Shown piece by piece: positions 43,977 to 54,814 of a DNA stretch of 64,000 nt. The stretch is from a candidate division FCPU426 bacterium (GTDB taxonomy: Bacteria; Oederibacteriota; Muellerivitia; Muellerivitales; Muellerivitaceae). Under the pieces are notes generated by a model. The model worked only from the letters and a program-made list of their open reading frames with translations, ran no database searches and was not told the origin of the DNA. How positions within the stretch are numbered: the stretch's first letter is position 1; every line of letters begins with the position of its first letter. The DNA lies in the NCBI GenBank assembly GCA_963719085.1, contig CAVRAL010000001.1, forward strand, positions 576,001 to 640,000. The letters are read 5' to 3'. The position numbers were made by a program, and so were the translations under genes.

Positions 43977-46900
43977 GTGAAAACAAAGAGAAACCCGTTG
44001 GGGGCGGAAGGTTTTTGGCGCAAACCCGTTTTGGGCTTAATGTTGTCTCTTTTAGTGGGCGGCCTTTTTCGTTTCTATAACCCGAATTGGGACTATGAGC
44101 ATTCTTTTCATCCCGATGAACGCAATATTCTGGGGCAAACGGCCGGCATTCAAGCTTCCAATGGTTTTAGAGTCCAGTTTTTCGCCTACGGCCAGCTTCC
44201 CGTGTTTCTGTACCGGGCGACGGGTGAATTGTTATCGACGCCGCAAGTTTTAGCGCAGGCCTTCGGGGCTCATCAAGGTTTTGCCCAGAGTTTCTATTGG
44301 CTTATTATTTTGGGGTTTTCAAGCCTTGGGTTTTGGTTTTTTAAAAAGGAAAAATATAAGATAGCCGCTTTTGGTTTGTCGGTTCTCTTATTTTCCCTGG
44401 CTTTGTTGTTGAAGTTTTTTCCTGTTTTCGCTATTTGGTTTAACGCCTTACAGGATTGGCCGGCAAGATTGTCCTGTTTTGGCTGGGTCACGGTCACAGC
44501 CTTTGTGGTTTCCGCGTTACTTTCGAAAATACTCGAGGCGGATTGGCTCGGAATCCCTTTTTACGCGGCCAGCGGATCAATCTTTTTATTTGGAGTCCTT
44601 CCTCTCTTTTTGCCCGACGCTTGGGGGCACACTTTTGGCGCGACCGCTTTTACCCTTCTCATTTTGGTTTTGGGCGCTTGGCTGGCCTGGGTCACCCGGT
44701 GGGGCAGGGTTCTTTTGGCCTTTTTGGCCTTGTGGACGGTTTTCGCTTCGCTTCAGCACGGCGGCATCCAGTACGTGGATTACGGCAGTTTGATGATTAT
44801 TGGCCGTGTCTGGGCCGCTTTCTTTTCAACCGCAACGATCGCCGCGCTTTATGTCTTGGTCAACCGGCTTTACGGTAAGCCCTGGTTGGCGCTTCTGTCC
44901 GCCGCTTGTTTCGCCTTTTCAGTGGTTAGTATCCAAGTCGCCCATTACTGCATCACGGAATCTCTCATCACGCTGATGCTGGTGGTCGTCGCCACACTTG
45001 CCTGCGACATCCGCGAGAATGGTAGTTGGAAAAGTTATTTACTCACGGGATCCGCTTTTGGCATTTCGATGGCGGCGAAAACCAGCTCCCTTTATTACCT
45101 CTTAATTCTCCTACTGGGGCACATTCTTTTTCTCGCCGCGAAAAGCAAAAAAGATTGGTTGAGGGAAGACCGCAAAAACTCCGATAACAAAGACATTTTC
45201 ACGATTCTGGCGGCGGCGGTTCCGGTGGCCACGTTGGCGGCTTTTGTGGTCGTAGGATACAAGCTCAAGGGCGTCGCCCAAGATCTTTTCTACAACGGCG
45301 ACGGCTCGGTCATCCCCCCGGTTTGGCTGGCTTTTTTTGTTCTGGCTGTCGGGGTGGGTTTGGTTTTGTGTTTTTGGGGTTTTGTTGAATTCAAGGTCGT
45401 GCGCGGACAGGCCCAATACTGGATCAAGCTGGTGGCGGCCGGTGCCTTATCTTTTTTGATGTTTTGTTTGCTATCGCCTTGGTCGCTTCTTGATTTTTCC
45501 GGATTTCAAAATTCGATGAATTATGAATGGCATGTGGTTTCCATCGCGGACGCTTGCTACGTTTTGCAGTTTAAAGATACTTTCCGTTACTTGTTTCATC
45601 TTCAGAACCTAATGTCGGTTGAATTGTGGTGGCCTTTAGGCGTAACGGTGATTTTGGGATCGATTTGGGTGATTGGGCGTTTCGTGCTTTCTTTGTTTCG
45701 GGTGTCCGAGTCTTACGTTTTGCCGGTTCCGTTTTTAGTCCAAAAGGGGATTTCGCCTTTTGTCCCCGATTTGATGCTTTTGATTTGGTTTATTCCTTAT
45801 TTCGGTTTCATCGGGGCGTGGAACACAAAGTTCATTCGATATATGGTTCCCTTGATACCGTTTTTCTGCATTTTTGGCGCCCGCTTATTGACGGAGCTCT
45901 TTGACTGGTTGAAAAAGACTCCGGCCTTGGCCAAAGGTTTTAAAATCGCCCTGCTCTCAATCGTATTAGGCGGAAGCCTATTTTATTCCACGGCCTATAT
46001 GCATGTGTATCGATTCCCGCATCCCTGGCTTGACGCTTCCGTATGGATTTATAAGAACGTCCCGCCGGGCTCGCTGATCTTCAATGAGGCTTGGGGTGAC
46101 GGACTTCCCGTGGATATGACGCCGCAGCAAGACGCCCGGCTCGATCATTTTATGAGCCCGAGCCTTTATCGCTCCCAAGACATCACGCCCTATGAAATGT
46201 TCGGTTATCCCACGGACGACAGTCCGGTGAAGCGAAATTACTACGCCAACACGCTTCAGCAAGGCGATTACATCAGCATTTCGTCCAAAAAGCTTTGGTA
46301 TACGCTGACCAATTGCACGCCCGAATTTAAGCGGACTGGTTTTAATGCTTATCCTATTACGTCCCGCTATTACCGGCTCCTGTGGTCCGGTTTATTGGGC
46401 TACAAAATGGTGGGTGAATTCCATAACTTTCCCTCGCTTTTTGGGTGGGAGCATCCGGACGATATGGCGGAGGAATCTTTCTCGGTTTACGACCATCCCC
46501 GGGTTTATATTTTCAAAAAGTTTGAAACGGTTCCGCCGGATCAAATTTTGAAGTTGTTGGACTCGGATGATTACGTGAAGGGAATCGACCGGGATGTAAT
46601 GCGAACCATCACGCCTGAAAATGTGGACGCCTTTATTGCGGGTCGGCAGAAATATTTATCCGACAACGGTTTATTACAACGGCTGGCCGCGGCGCCCGCT
46701 TCGACGGGTTCTTTGGCGCCGACACCCGTGGCAAAAGATTCCACCCCTCTGCAGAGGATTCTGACGGCAACCGCCCAACCGCCCAAGCCCGCCGTGCAGA
46801 AGCGGCTGGAATCATTGACGCCGATCCCAACGCCCGAACCGACGATCGTGGTTCCTTTGGGAGCGCCGGGACTTCCGCCCGCGGGTACGCTTCAGGTTTT

Positions 46901-49900
46901 AAAAAATTTAACCGATCACCCAGTGACGGAAACCGATTTAGCCGCTTTTGAGCAAAAACAACAATCCGACGAGACGCTGGGTTATCAAATTCGGGCTTGG
47001 CTGAGTTGGTTGTTGCTGATTATTTTCCTGGGCCTATTGGCTTTTCCCTTATCGCTCAAGCTGATGGAATCCATGCCGGCGGCCGCTTACTCCTTGAGCA
47101 AAATTTTAGGGATGATTCTTTTTGCTTGGTTGGTTTGGATTTCCTCGTTCAGTTGGAAGGTGTTTAGCTTCCATTTCAAGATTTTTTATTTTTCGACTTT
47201 CAATTGTTGGGCTTGGATTTTGTTTTTAACGGTTGGCAGCGGCTTGGGTCTGTTTTTTCACGGCAAAGGCTTGAAATCGATCTGGAGCCGGTGGCATAAA
47301 GTTTGGTTGATTCAGGACGTTTTTTTCATCGGGGCTTTCGCCCTTTTCACCTTGGTCCGTGTTTTTAATCCTCATATCCATGATCCCAGCGGTTCTGGCT
47401 ATAACGGCGGTGGGGAAGCGGGAATGGATTTAGGCTTTTTATCCTCCGTGGTTCGCGGGGACAGTTTCCCTCCACAAAACATGTGGATGGCGGGACAGCC
47501 GATCGGATATCCCTATTATTTCGGCCACATCTTGATGGGAATTTTAACCAAGACCCTGGGATTGGCTCCTGCCGTGACCTACAACTTGGCGATCATCACC
47601 CTCTTCGCCCTTATTTTTTCGGCGGCTTTTAGTTTGGCTTATGCCTTATCGGAGAAACTGAGCGGCGGGATCATTGCCGGGCTTCTTTGCGCCACCGCGG
47701 GCAATTTGGACGGCGCCAAACAATATTTGCGCGACATCGGTGATTGCCTATCGCGTAATGATTGGACTTTGAGCGGACTTTGGAACTCCACCTTCGATTA
47801 TTGGGGTCCCTCCCGGGTGATTCCGCACTCGATCAACGAGTTTCCATACTTCAGCGTGCTTTTCGCCGATATGCACGCCCATACCTTGGCCATGCCTTTC
47901 GCCATGCTTTTAGTCGGACTGATCATGTCTTTTTATTTCTCGAATTCCGCTGGAACCAAAATCAGGTTTGAGTGGCCCTTGCTCTTGGGAATGGGTTTTC
48001 TCTTAGGCGGCCTGGCTTTCTTAAACACCTGGGACACCCTGACATGGAGCGCGCTGCTGGTGATCGCGTTGCTGTTAAAGATGCTCGCGTCTTTTCCCCG
48101 TAAGACTTTGGTGGATGGATTTAAGATAACGGCCACTGTTTTTGGGGCGGTTTTTGTTCTTCTGGCCGCTATTAACAAAATCCATCCCTCGGATAATCCC
48201 GCCGTGCTGGGCGGGACGACGACAAACCTTGAAATCGGTCTTCTGGCGGCGAGTTTGATCTCCTGCTCGATTTTGTACTCGCGGAAAATAACCCAGCCCT
48301 TGTCGATTCAATTTTTAATTTGCGGATTGTTTTTGGCCGGTGTGGGTCTTTCGGCGCGGGTGTTATGGGATCCTTTCTTTTCCACTTTTGTTCCGCAACA
48401 AAGCAAAATTTTGTGGGTGTTGCCCTATATCCGAACCGCCTGGGGAAATTATTTCACGATTTACGGCGCGTTTCTCTCGGTCATGGTTTGGGGATTCTTG
48501 CTGGTTTATGCCAAGCCGATAGGAAATTGGATCGGCAAAGGCAAATGGAGAATTTCTTGGGATTTTGAGGGTTTTCTTGGAACTTGCGAGGTGTTTTTTC
48601 AGAGATTTTTTGAACCGCAAAACGCGGTCCAGGGCATGTTTTTCCTGGGGCTGGCTTTGTGCCTTTTCATTATTGGGGGATCTTGGATCCATTGGGTGGA
48701 TCCCCAGAATCGAAGTGTTTGGGCTCTGCTGTTGGCGGCCGTGATTTTTGGATTGTTGATTTTGCCGCTTTATCTGAGAAAAATTCCAGCGTTTGGGGCC
48801 GCGGCTGGGGTTTTAATCCTGGTTTGGGTGGGCCTCATCGTCACCGGTGTTTTCCCTTTATTTCACGACAGCCCGCTTTTTCTGGGTTTGGGACTTTTTT
48901 CCGCCATTTGGATATTGGGTTTCTTGAATCTGGGCTTGGCGGTCCAAGCTCAAAAAGATAAAAAGCTCTCTTTCGCGTTTATCCTCATTGGTCTCTTTTT
49001 CTTGGTGACGGCCACGCTGGAAATTTTCGCCATCAGCGAGTACATGGGCGACGAAAGTATGCGCAATAACACGCTGTTCAAATTCGGCATTGACGCCTGG
49101 ATTTTGGCGTCCATCGCGACCGGCGCCTTGGCGCCAAGACTTTGGAACTTCGCGTCGGAGTTGTTGAAGTCCGTTCGAAAGGAAACCAAACTGTCCGAAA
49201 TGGTTTTGGCCGGATTTTCTTTTGTGGTGATCTCCTGGCTGCTTCATGTTCTTTTGGACGAGATTCTTTTTTCTCGTTCTTCGAATTTGATTTATTTCAT
49301 AAATTTATTTCTTGTGCTGAGCATTTTAGCTTGGATCTTCCTGGAAGATTGGTTGGCGCCCTGGATCGTCTATACCCTCGGGGGCGTTTTATTCCCGGTT
49401 TTGATACTGCCTTTATTGCCCAACGGAGACTATACGTCGCTTTTATACGTGGCTCAGCGTTTTCTGGGGAGCTTTGATACCGGCTTTTTATTCCCGGCGA
49501 GTTTGGTGATTTTTGTTTTGATTGTCCTTCATTTATTTTTGGAAAATAAGAAAAACAAGGGGATGCGAATCGCCGTGGCGAGCTGGAAATCCTTGGCGGT
49601 GGTTTTAAGCGTGATGGTTTTGATTTATCCCTTGGCCGCCACCTTCAGCAAATGCCGGCAAGCCTCGTTTGGCTCATCCGATTCGCCCACCCTCAATGGC
49701 TTGACCTATCTGAAAATGGAAAACCCGGGAGACGCGGCCGCCATTCGTTTCTTAAATGAAACGGTCCCGGGCCAGCCTTGTTTAATCGAGGCGGTCGGGC
49801 TTGGGTATAACACCTGGGGTTCCCGTTATTCCATTTTCACCGGAATCCCGGCTTTAATGGGATGGGACGGGCATGTGCGGGAATGGGTGGGGAGTTGGGA

Positions 49901-50153
49901 AGACGCTGAGATCAGCCAACGCTATTCCACGACCGAGACTATTTTTAATACCCATGACGTCCAGTTGGCGAAAAACCTGATGGATGCCTATGGGGTTCGG
50001 TTGATTGTGATTGGACCCCTGGAGCGGGGCGAGGAGGATCCGCGCAAGCGTTACGATCCGGATGGCTTGGCGAAATTCTCCACCTTTTTACCGCTGATTT
50101 ATAAAAATCCGAAGGTTGAAATTTACTATAATCCACCGGCGGAAAAGTCCTGA
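43977..50153 (+). CDS. Giant polytopic membrane protein: PMT/GT39-like N-terminal half fused to DUF2298 (YYY) C-terminal half
   Basis: 2058 aa; FHPDER, FFAYGQLP, KFIRYMVP, EESFSVYDHP; Pro/Thr linker; then GGEAGMD, YPYYFGH, INEFPYFS..ADMHAH, RNNTLFKF, TLNGL, GWDGH. Confidence 0.8.
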   Translation: MKTKRNPLGAEGFWRKPVLGLMLSLLVGGLFRFYNPNWDYEHSFHPDERNILGQTAGIQASNGFRVQFFAYGQLPVFLYRATGELLSTPQVLAQAFGAHQGFAQSFYWLIILGFSSLGFWFFKKEKYKIAAFGLSVLLFSLALLLKFFPVFAIWFNALQDWPARLSCFGWVTVTAFVVSALLSKILEADWLGIPFYAASGSIFLFGVLPLFLPDAWGHTFGATAFTLLILVLGAWLAWVTRWGRVLLAFLALWTVFASLQHGGIQYVDYGSLMIIGRVWAAFFSTATIAALYVLVNRLYGKPWLALLSAACFAFSVVSIQVAHYCITESLITLMLVVVATLACDIRENGSWKSYLLTGSAFGISMAAKTSSLYYLLILLLGHILFLAAKSKKDWLREDRKNSDNKDIFTILAAAVPVATLAAFVVVGYKLKGVAQDLFYNGDGSVIPPVWLAFFVLAVGVGLVLCFWGFVEFKVVRGQAQYWIKLVAAGALSFLMFCLLSPWSLLDFSGFQNSMNYEWHVVSIADACYVLQFKDTFRYLFHLQNLMSVELWWPLGVTVILGSIWVIGRFVLSLFRVSESYVLPVPFLVQKGISPFVPDLMLLIWFIPYFGFIGAWNTKFIRYMVPLIPFFCIFGARLLTELFDWLKKTPALAKGFKIALLSIVLGGSLFYSTAYMHVYRFPHPWLDASVWIYKNVPPGSLIFNEAWGDGLPVDMTPQQDARLDHFMSPSLYRSQDITPYEMFGYPTDDSPVKRNYYANTLQQGDYISISSKKLWYTLTNCTPEFKRTGFNAYPITSRYYRLLWSGLLGYKMVGEFHNFPSLFGWEHPDDMAEESFSVYDHPRVYIFKKFETVPPDQILKLLDSDDYVKGIDRDVMRTITPENVDAFIAGRQKYLSDNGLLQRLAAAPASTGSLAPTPVAKDSTPLQRILTATAQPPKPAVQKRLESLTPIPTPEPTIVVPLGAPGLPPAGTLQVLKNLTDHPVTETDLAAFEQKQQSDETLGYQIRAWLSWLLLIIFLGLLAFPLSLKLMESMPAAAYSLSKILGMILFAWLVWISSFSWKVFSFHFKIFYFSTFNCWAWILFLTVGSGLGLFFHGKGLKSIWSRWHKVWLIQDVFFIGAFALFTLVRVFNPHIHDPSGSGYNGGGEAGMDLGFLSSVVRGDSFPPQNMWMAGQPIGYPYYFGHILMGILTKTLGLAPAVTYNLAIITLFALIFSAAFSLAYALSEKLSGGIIAGLLCATAGNLDGAKQYLRDIGDCLSRNDWTLSGLWNSTFDYWGPSRVIPHSINEFPYFSVLFADMHAHTLAMPFAMLLVGLIMSFYFSNSAGTKIRFEWPLLLGMGFLLGGLAFLNTWDTLTWSALLVIALLLKMLASFPRKTLVDGFKITATVFGAVFVLLAAINKIHPSDNPAVLGGTTTNLEIGLLAASLISCSILYSRKITQPLSIQFLICGLFLAGVGLSARVLWDPFFSTFVPQQSKILWVLPYIRTAWGNYFTIYGAFLSVMVWGFLLVYAKPIGNWIGKGKWRISWDFEGFLGTCEVFFQRFFEPQNAVQGMFFLGLALCLFIIGGSWIHWVDPQNRSVWALLLAAVIFGLLILPLYLRKIPAFGAAAGVLILVWVGLIVTGVFPLFHDSPLFLGLGLFSAIWILGFLNLGLAVQAQKDKKLSFAFILIGLFFLVTATLEIFAISEYMGDESMRNNTLFKFGIDAWILASIATGALAPRLWNFASELLKSVRKETKLSEMVLAGFSFVVISWLLHVLLDEILFSRSSNLIYFINLFLVLSILAWIFLEDWLAPWIVYTLGGVLFPVLILPLLPNGDYTSLLYVAQRFLGSFDTGFLFPASLVIFVLIVLHLFLENKKNKGMRIAVASWKSLAVVLSVMVLIYPLAATFSKCRQASFGSSDSPTLNGLTYLKMENPGDAAAIRFLNETVPGQPCLIEAVGLGYNTWGSRYSIFTGIPALMGWDGHVREWVGSWEDAEISQRYSTTETIFNTHDVQLAKNLMDAYGVRLIVIGPLERGEEDPRKRYDPDGLAKFSTFLPLIYKNPKVEIYYNPPAEKS

Positions 50154-50191
50154 TTGAGTTTGGGTGTCTATTAATTTTGGAGGTTGAGTGA

Positions 50192-52699
50192 ATGGGTCCG
50201 CTTTTGAGTTGGTGGTTGCTGGTGGTGATCCTCGGATGGCTGCTCTTGCCGGTCACCTTTTTAACGTTTCGGCACCTTCCGGACAAAGGTTATGGCATCA
50301 GTAAAGTTTTGGCGTTGCTTCTTTTGGGCTATTTCACCTGGATATTTGGTTATTTTGGTTTTAGCAGCTTAACAATTTATTTTTCACTCTTAATTCTTTT
50401 ACTCCTTTCGGGCCTGCTCGTTTCAAAAACATGGGGCTCCATTCTCAAATTTTTTAAAGAACGATTGGGATACGCGCTGGTCGTGGAAATGCTTTTTTTT
50501 GTGGGTTTTTTAGCCGCCGGAGCCTACAAAATGCGTACCCACGATATCGTGGGTACCGAAAAGCCGATGGATTTCGCCATGATCAACGGCATATTGGCCT
50601 CGCCTTCCATGCCGCCGCAAGACCCTTGGCTTTCGGGCGGAAGCATCTCTTATTATTATTTTGGATATTTGATCATCTCGGTTTTGTCCCGGTTAACGGG
50701 TGTGTTTTCAGGGGTGGGTTACAATCTAGGCGTGGTTTTAATTTGGGCCTTGGCCGCTGTGGCGGCTTTTTCTTTAGCCTATAACTTAACCCAGCGTTAT
50801 CGTTATTCGGTTTTCTCAGCGGTTTCGGTGACTGTTTTAGGCAATTTGGACTATTGGCACAGGGCCCTTCAAAATTTTAGTTTGGGCGATCTTAGAATTA
50901 CCTATTATAACTTTCCAGCTAATCCGGAGGCCGCGACCGGGTTATCCGGTTTTTTTGGATTTCTATTCAGTCCCATCCAGCATTATTGGGATTACTTTCA
51001 AGCCTCCCGTATTATTCCGGTTCCGCCGACCGACAAGATGATCAATGAATTTCCCTCTTTTAGTTTCTTTTTGTCGGATTTACATCCCCATGTAATGGCC
51101 ATTCCTTTCGGATTATTGGCGCTGTCGGTTTGTTTGAATTTGATGAAGGCTCCTTTACCGAATTTGGGCCTATTTGGCGCCCGCTTCACCGAACAAATCC
51201 CTCAATGGATTTTGGTGGCGGTCATATTTGGCTCGGCCTCTTTCATGAACAGCTGGGATTTTCCCATGCTTCTCTTGTTGCTGGGACTCTGTTTGGCGCT
51301 CCAACAGCGCTGGGCCGCCCCGCGTTCCGAGGCCCAATGGTTTAAAGGTTTGAGTCTGGTGGGTCTTCCCATTGTGGCCGCTTGCTTCATTCTTTTCGCT
51401 CCCTTTTACGCGCGGTTTCAATCCCAGGCCAATGGTTTGGGCTTGGCCAAGGATCGGACCGATCTCTATTATCTACTCGTCATTTTTGGTTTATTTTTCC
51501 TGATTATTTTTCCCGTTTTGATCGCCCGGGCTTTACAGGCCTTTTCCGCTAAAGAGGCTAAAGGTAAGGCGTCCAAAGACGCCGGTTTGGTGTGTTTGGT
51601 TTGCGGACGGGAAAATTTTGGAAAAAAATTTTGTGGGCAGTGCGGAGGGGAATTGGCGTCGGTTTCCAACCAGGATGTCGTCCCGATTCCTTTTGAGCCT
51701 CTGCGCGTTTTTTTTCTGGAAGGATCCGAATGGCTGTCTTCCTTTTCAAAGTGGGGGAGGGGCTGGGTCTTTGCCTGCGGTCTTGTCCTTTTTCTGGGGC
51801 TGTTAAACTTAAGCCCCGTCCGGCTGTCGGTTTTCGCTTTATGTTTGATCGTTTTTATTTTTTCAATGGTTTCCTTGAGCCGCAAGTCGGAAAACCGGGA
51901 GATGATATTCGCCACGCTTTTGATCCTGCTCGCCTTTGGGCTTATCGGTTTTTGCGAGGTTCTGTACATTAAAGATCACTTTTCAGGCAGTTCGCTTTAC
52001 CGGATGAACACCGTATTTAAATTTCATTATCAAGCTTGGATTTTTCTAAGCGTCGCGTCGGCCCCCTGCCTTAAATGGCTGATGGAAAATCAATGGCCCC
52101 ATTGGTCGATCCTGAAGCGGTCGGTTTGGGGCGGGGCCTTTGGCTTGGCCCTGTTGGGGGCGGGACTTTATCCATTTTTAACGCTCTCGGAAAGGCTGGC
52201 GGGGAGCTCCATGGCTTCTTTAACCTTGGATGGAACGGATTATTTCAGCCGTACTTATCCGGGTGATTTTCAAACGGTCGACTGGATTCGAAATAATTTA
52301 AAGCCGGCAGGCAACAAGCTGCCGGTTATTTTAGAGGCTTGGGGTGGCTCCTACAGCGAATACGCGCGGATCGCCACGAATACGGGTTATCCGACTGTTT
52401 TAGGATGGGATTTTCATGAAGCCCAATGGCGGGGGGCCTGGGATAAGGCGGCGGTCCGCGGGGGGGATCCGACGGATACGATCCTGAACCGTCGCCAGGA
52501 TATTGATACAATCTATTCCACCACGGACATCACCCAAGCCAAAACCCTTCTTTTGAAATACGGCGTGAATTATGTTTATGTTGGCGGGTTGGAACGGCAG
52601 AAATACAAAGACCATTTGGACGGTCTGGCGAAGTTTGGTCAGTTGGGTAATCCGGTCTTTGTTTTTGGAGATTCGGCGCTGTACAAGTTGAATCCATAG
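50192..52699 (+). CDS. DUF2298 (Chlor_Arch_YYY-like) membrane protein with inserted zinc ribbon
   Basis: GTEKPMD, PPQDPWLSG, ISYYYFG, INEFPSFS..SDLHPH, RMNTVFKF, TLDG, GWDFHE; CLVC-x9-CGQC insertion. Confidence 0.85.
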   Translation: MGPLLSWWLLVVILGWLLLPVTFLTFRHLPDKGYGISKVLALLLLGYFTWIFGYFGFSSLTIYFSLLILLLLSGLLVSKTWGSILKFFKERLGYALVVEMLFFVGFLAAGAYKMRTHDIVGTEKPMDFAMINGILASPSMPPQDPWLSGGSISYYYFGYLIISVLSRLTGVFSGVGYNLGVVLIWALAAVAAFSLAYNLTQRYRYSVFSAVSVTVLGNLDYWHRALQNFSLGDLRITYYNFPANPEAATGLSGFFGFLFSPIQHYWDYFQASRIIPVPPTDKMINEFPSFSFFLSDLHPHVMAIPFGLLALSVCLNLMKAPLPNLGLFGARFTEQIPQWILVAVIFGSASFMNSWDFPMLLLLLGLCLALQQRWAAPRSEAQWFKGLSLVGLPIVAACFILFAPFYARFQSQANGLGLAKDRTDLYYLLVIFGLFFLIIFPVLIARALQAFSAKEAKGKASKDAGLVCLVCGRENFGKKFCGQCGGELASVSNQDVVPIPFEPLRVFFLEGSEWLSSFSKWGRGWVFACGLVLFLGLLNLSPVRLSVFALCLIVFIFSMVSLSRKSENREMIFATLLILLAFGLIGFCEVLYIKDHFSGSSLYRMNTVFKFHYQAWIFLSVASAPCLKWLMENQWPHWSILKRSVWGGAFGLALLGAGLYPFLTLSERLAGSSMASLTLDGTDYFSRTYPGDFQTVDWIRNNLKPAGNKLPVILEAWGGSYSEYARIATNTGYPTVLGWDFHEAQWRGAWDKAAVRGGDPTDTILNRRQDIDTIYSTTDITQAKTLLLKYGVNYVYVGGLERQKYKDHLDGLAKFGQLGNPVFVFGDSALYKLNP

Positions 52700-52730
52700 G
52701 ATCATTTAATTTTTTGATTGGGAGGCGGGA

Positions 52731-53762
52731 ATGTTTAAGATCGGTGATTACACCATTACCAGTAAAGACCTTGTTTTGGCCTTCATTTTTCTTTTGGTGG
52801 GGGTTCTGGCCATCCTGGCGATGACGGGTTCCAAGCCCAAACCGGTGGTGCTTTCGGCGGCGGCACCGGGCGGTGAAGTTCTGCAATCCGGGGGCCAACC
52901 GGGAAACGGAAGCGGACAATTTAACTATCCGCGTGGAATCGCCCTGGACGCGAACGGTGACATTTATGTCGCGGATAGCCGCAACCACCGAATCCAAAAG
53001 CTGAACGGAAAGACCGGGAAATTCATGCGTGAGTTTGGTGGGTTCGCCAGCGTGAACGGCGACGCTAAAAGTTTGTCGGCGCTTTCTCTGGGAAAATTAA
53101 ATGAGCCCAATGGCGTTATGGTGGGGCCGGATAACCTGGTTTACGTGGTCGATACCTGGAATGAGCGCCTCCAAGTTTTTTCAACCGATGGAAAATTCAA
53201 GAGAGTCATCACGTCGGAAGACGGTTTTTATGGCCCTCGGGAAATTTTGGTGGATTCCAAAGGATCCATTTATGTGTCGGACACCGGCAAGCACCGGATC
53301 GTTAAGTTTGACGCGAAGGGCGCGCGGGCCGGAACCTGGGGCCAAAAGGGCGACAAGCCGGGCGAATTCAACGAGCCGATCGGCCTGGCTTTGGATCAGG
53401 CCGGCAATGTTTATGTGGCGGATCGCCTGAATTTTAGAATCCAAGTTTTCGATCCGAACGGGGTTTTCATCCGGCAGTGGCCGGTTCATGGATGGGTGAA
53501 AGACCAAGTGGATATGGAGCCGCATTTGGCCATTGATAAGGCCAAGGGTATTCTTTACGCCACCGACGGCCGGGGAAGCCAGATTTTATGCTATCAGTTG
53601 GATGGAACCGAACTGCCGACTATCGCCAAGGATGCCAGTGGAAACCCGATCGTTCAAGTCCCCATTGGAATCGCGGTAAACGCGGACGGGGATCTTTATG
53701 TCACCGATGCCAAGGCGGGGAAAATTTTCAAGTTGGCGGGCCAAGGAAAGATCGTCCAGTAA
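52731..53762 (+). CDS. Membrane-anchored NHL-repeat beta-propeller protein
   Basis: N-terminal TM; repeats FNYPRGIALD..IYVADSRNHRIQ, FNEPIGLALD..VYVADRLNFRIQVFD. Confidence 0.9.
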   Translation: MFKIGDYTITSKDLVLAFIFLLVGVLAILAMTGSKPKPVVLSAAAPGGEVLQSGGQPGNGSGQFNYPRGIALDANGDIYVADSRNHRIQKLNGKTGKFMREFGGFASVNGDAKSLSALSLGKLNEPNGVMVGPDNLVYVVDTWNERLQVFSTDGKFKRVITSEDGFYGPREILVDSKGSIYVSDTGKHRIVKFDAKGARAGTWGQKGDKPGEFNEPIGLALDQAGNVYVADRLNFRIQVFDPNGVFIRQWPVHGWVKDQVDMEPHLAIDKAKGILYATDGRGSQILCYQLDGTELPTIAKDASGNPIVQVPIGIAVNADGDLYVTDAKAGKIFKLAGQGKIVQ

Positions 53763-53783
53763 GATCAAAAGCAAGGAGCCGTC

Positions 53784-54770
53784 ATGGCCAAGTCTAAAAA
53801 GAAGAAAAAAAAGGCAAAAGGCAAAAATAAGGGCTTGAAGGTTCTATTTACCTTTTTGGTGATGGCGCTATTGACGATCATCATTTATGTAACGATGAAC
53901 CAGCTCCACAAGGCCTTGTTCTTAGCCAAGACCATTGAGGTTCAGCCGGATTTGTCGGTGGGCGGGCCTGGCAGTTTGCCGGGGCAATTCCAACAGCCTT
54001 GGGATGTGGCTGTTGATTCGCGCGGGAATTTTGTGTCCACTGATTTCGGGAATCACCGCCTTCAGGAGTTCGACTCGACGGGTAAACTCGTTTTCTCAAT
54101 TGGCAAGGAAGGAAAGGGCCAAGGGGAGTTTGAGCAGCCCAGCGGTGTTTATGTCGATCCCCAGGACAACATTTATGTTTGTGACACCTTTAATTACCGG
54201 ATTCAAAAGTTTGACTCCAAAGGTCATTTTTTAAAACTATGGGAACATAGTTTTTACGGTCCCAAGGGAATTATGGGGGATGGCCATGGAACCATTTACG
54301 TGGTGGACACGGGCAATCACAAGGTTCAAGTTTTTGACAATGAGGGTAATTTTTTAAAGGAATGGGGCGGGTTTGGGTCCGAAGACGGAAAATTGAAGGA
54401 GCCCATTGGCGGCGTGGTGGATCCCCAAGGCTCAGTTTACGTGGCGGATACGGATAATTTTAGGGTGCAAAAATTTGATCCCGCTGGAAAGTTTATGGGG
54501 GCCTTTAAAATCCCGACTTGGCGGGGGAAAAACTCTGAGACGCCTTATTTGGCCTTTCAGAATGGGTTTCTTTGGGTCACGAACACGAGTGAAAATTCAG
54601 TCATGAAATTCACCCCTGGCGGGAAATTGATGGCGATCTATAAAGCCAAAGGAAACGGATTTGACAATACCTCGGGCGTCGCGGTGAGCCCGGAGGGTGA
54701 AGTTTACGTGACCGAGCGTAACGCGGGTAAAATCGAGCGTTTTTTACCCCCCCTGGCCCCGGTAAAATAG
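53784..54770 (+). CDS. Membrane-anchored NHL-repeat protein with polybasic N-terminus
   Basis: MAKSKKKKKK plus TM; FQQPWDVAVD, FEQPSGVYVD, VVDTGNHKVQVFD. Confidence 0.9.
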   Translation: MAKSKKKKKKAKGKNKGLKVLFTFLVMALLTIIIYVTMNQLHKALFLAKTIEVQPDLSVGGPGSLPGQFQQPWDVAVDSRGNFVSTDFGNHRLQEFDSTGKLVFSIGKEGKGQGEFEQPSGVYVDPQDNIYVCDTFNYRIQKFDSKGHFLKLWEHSFYGPKGIMGDGHGTIYVVDTGNHKVQVFDNEGNFLKEWGGFGSEDGKLKEPIGGVVDPQGSVYVADTDNFRVQKFDPAGKFMGAFKIPTWRGKNSETPYLAFQNGFLWVTNTSENSVMKFTPGGKLMAIYKAKGNGFDNTSGVAVSPEGEVYVTERNAGKIERFLPPLAPVK

Positions 54771-54814
54771 CCGGCGGTGAAAATCTTTAAACCTATTGGA
54801 GGGTGTAACCTGAT

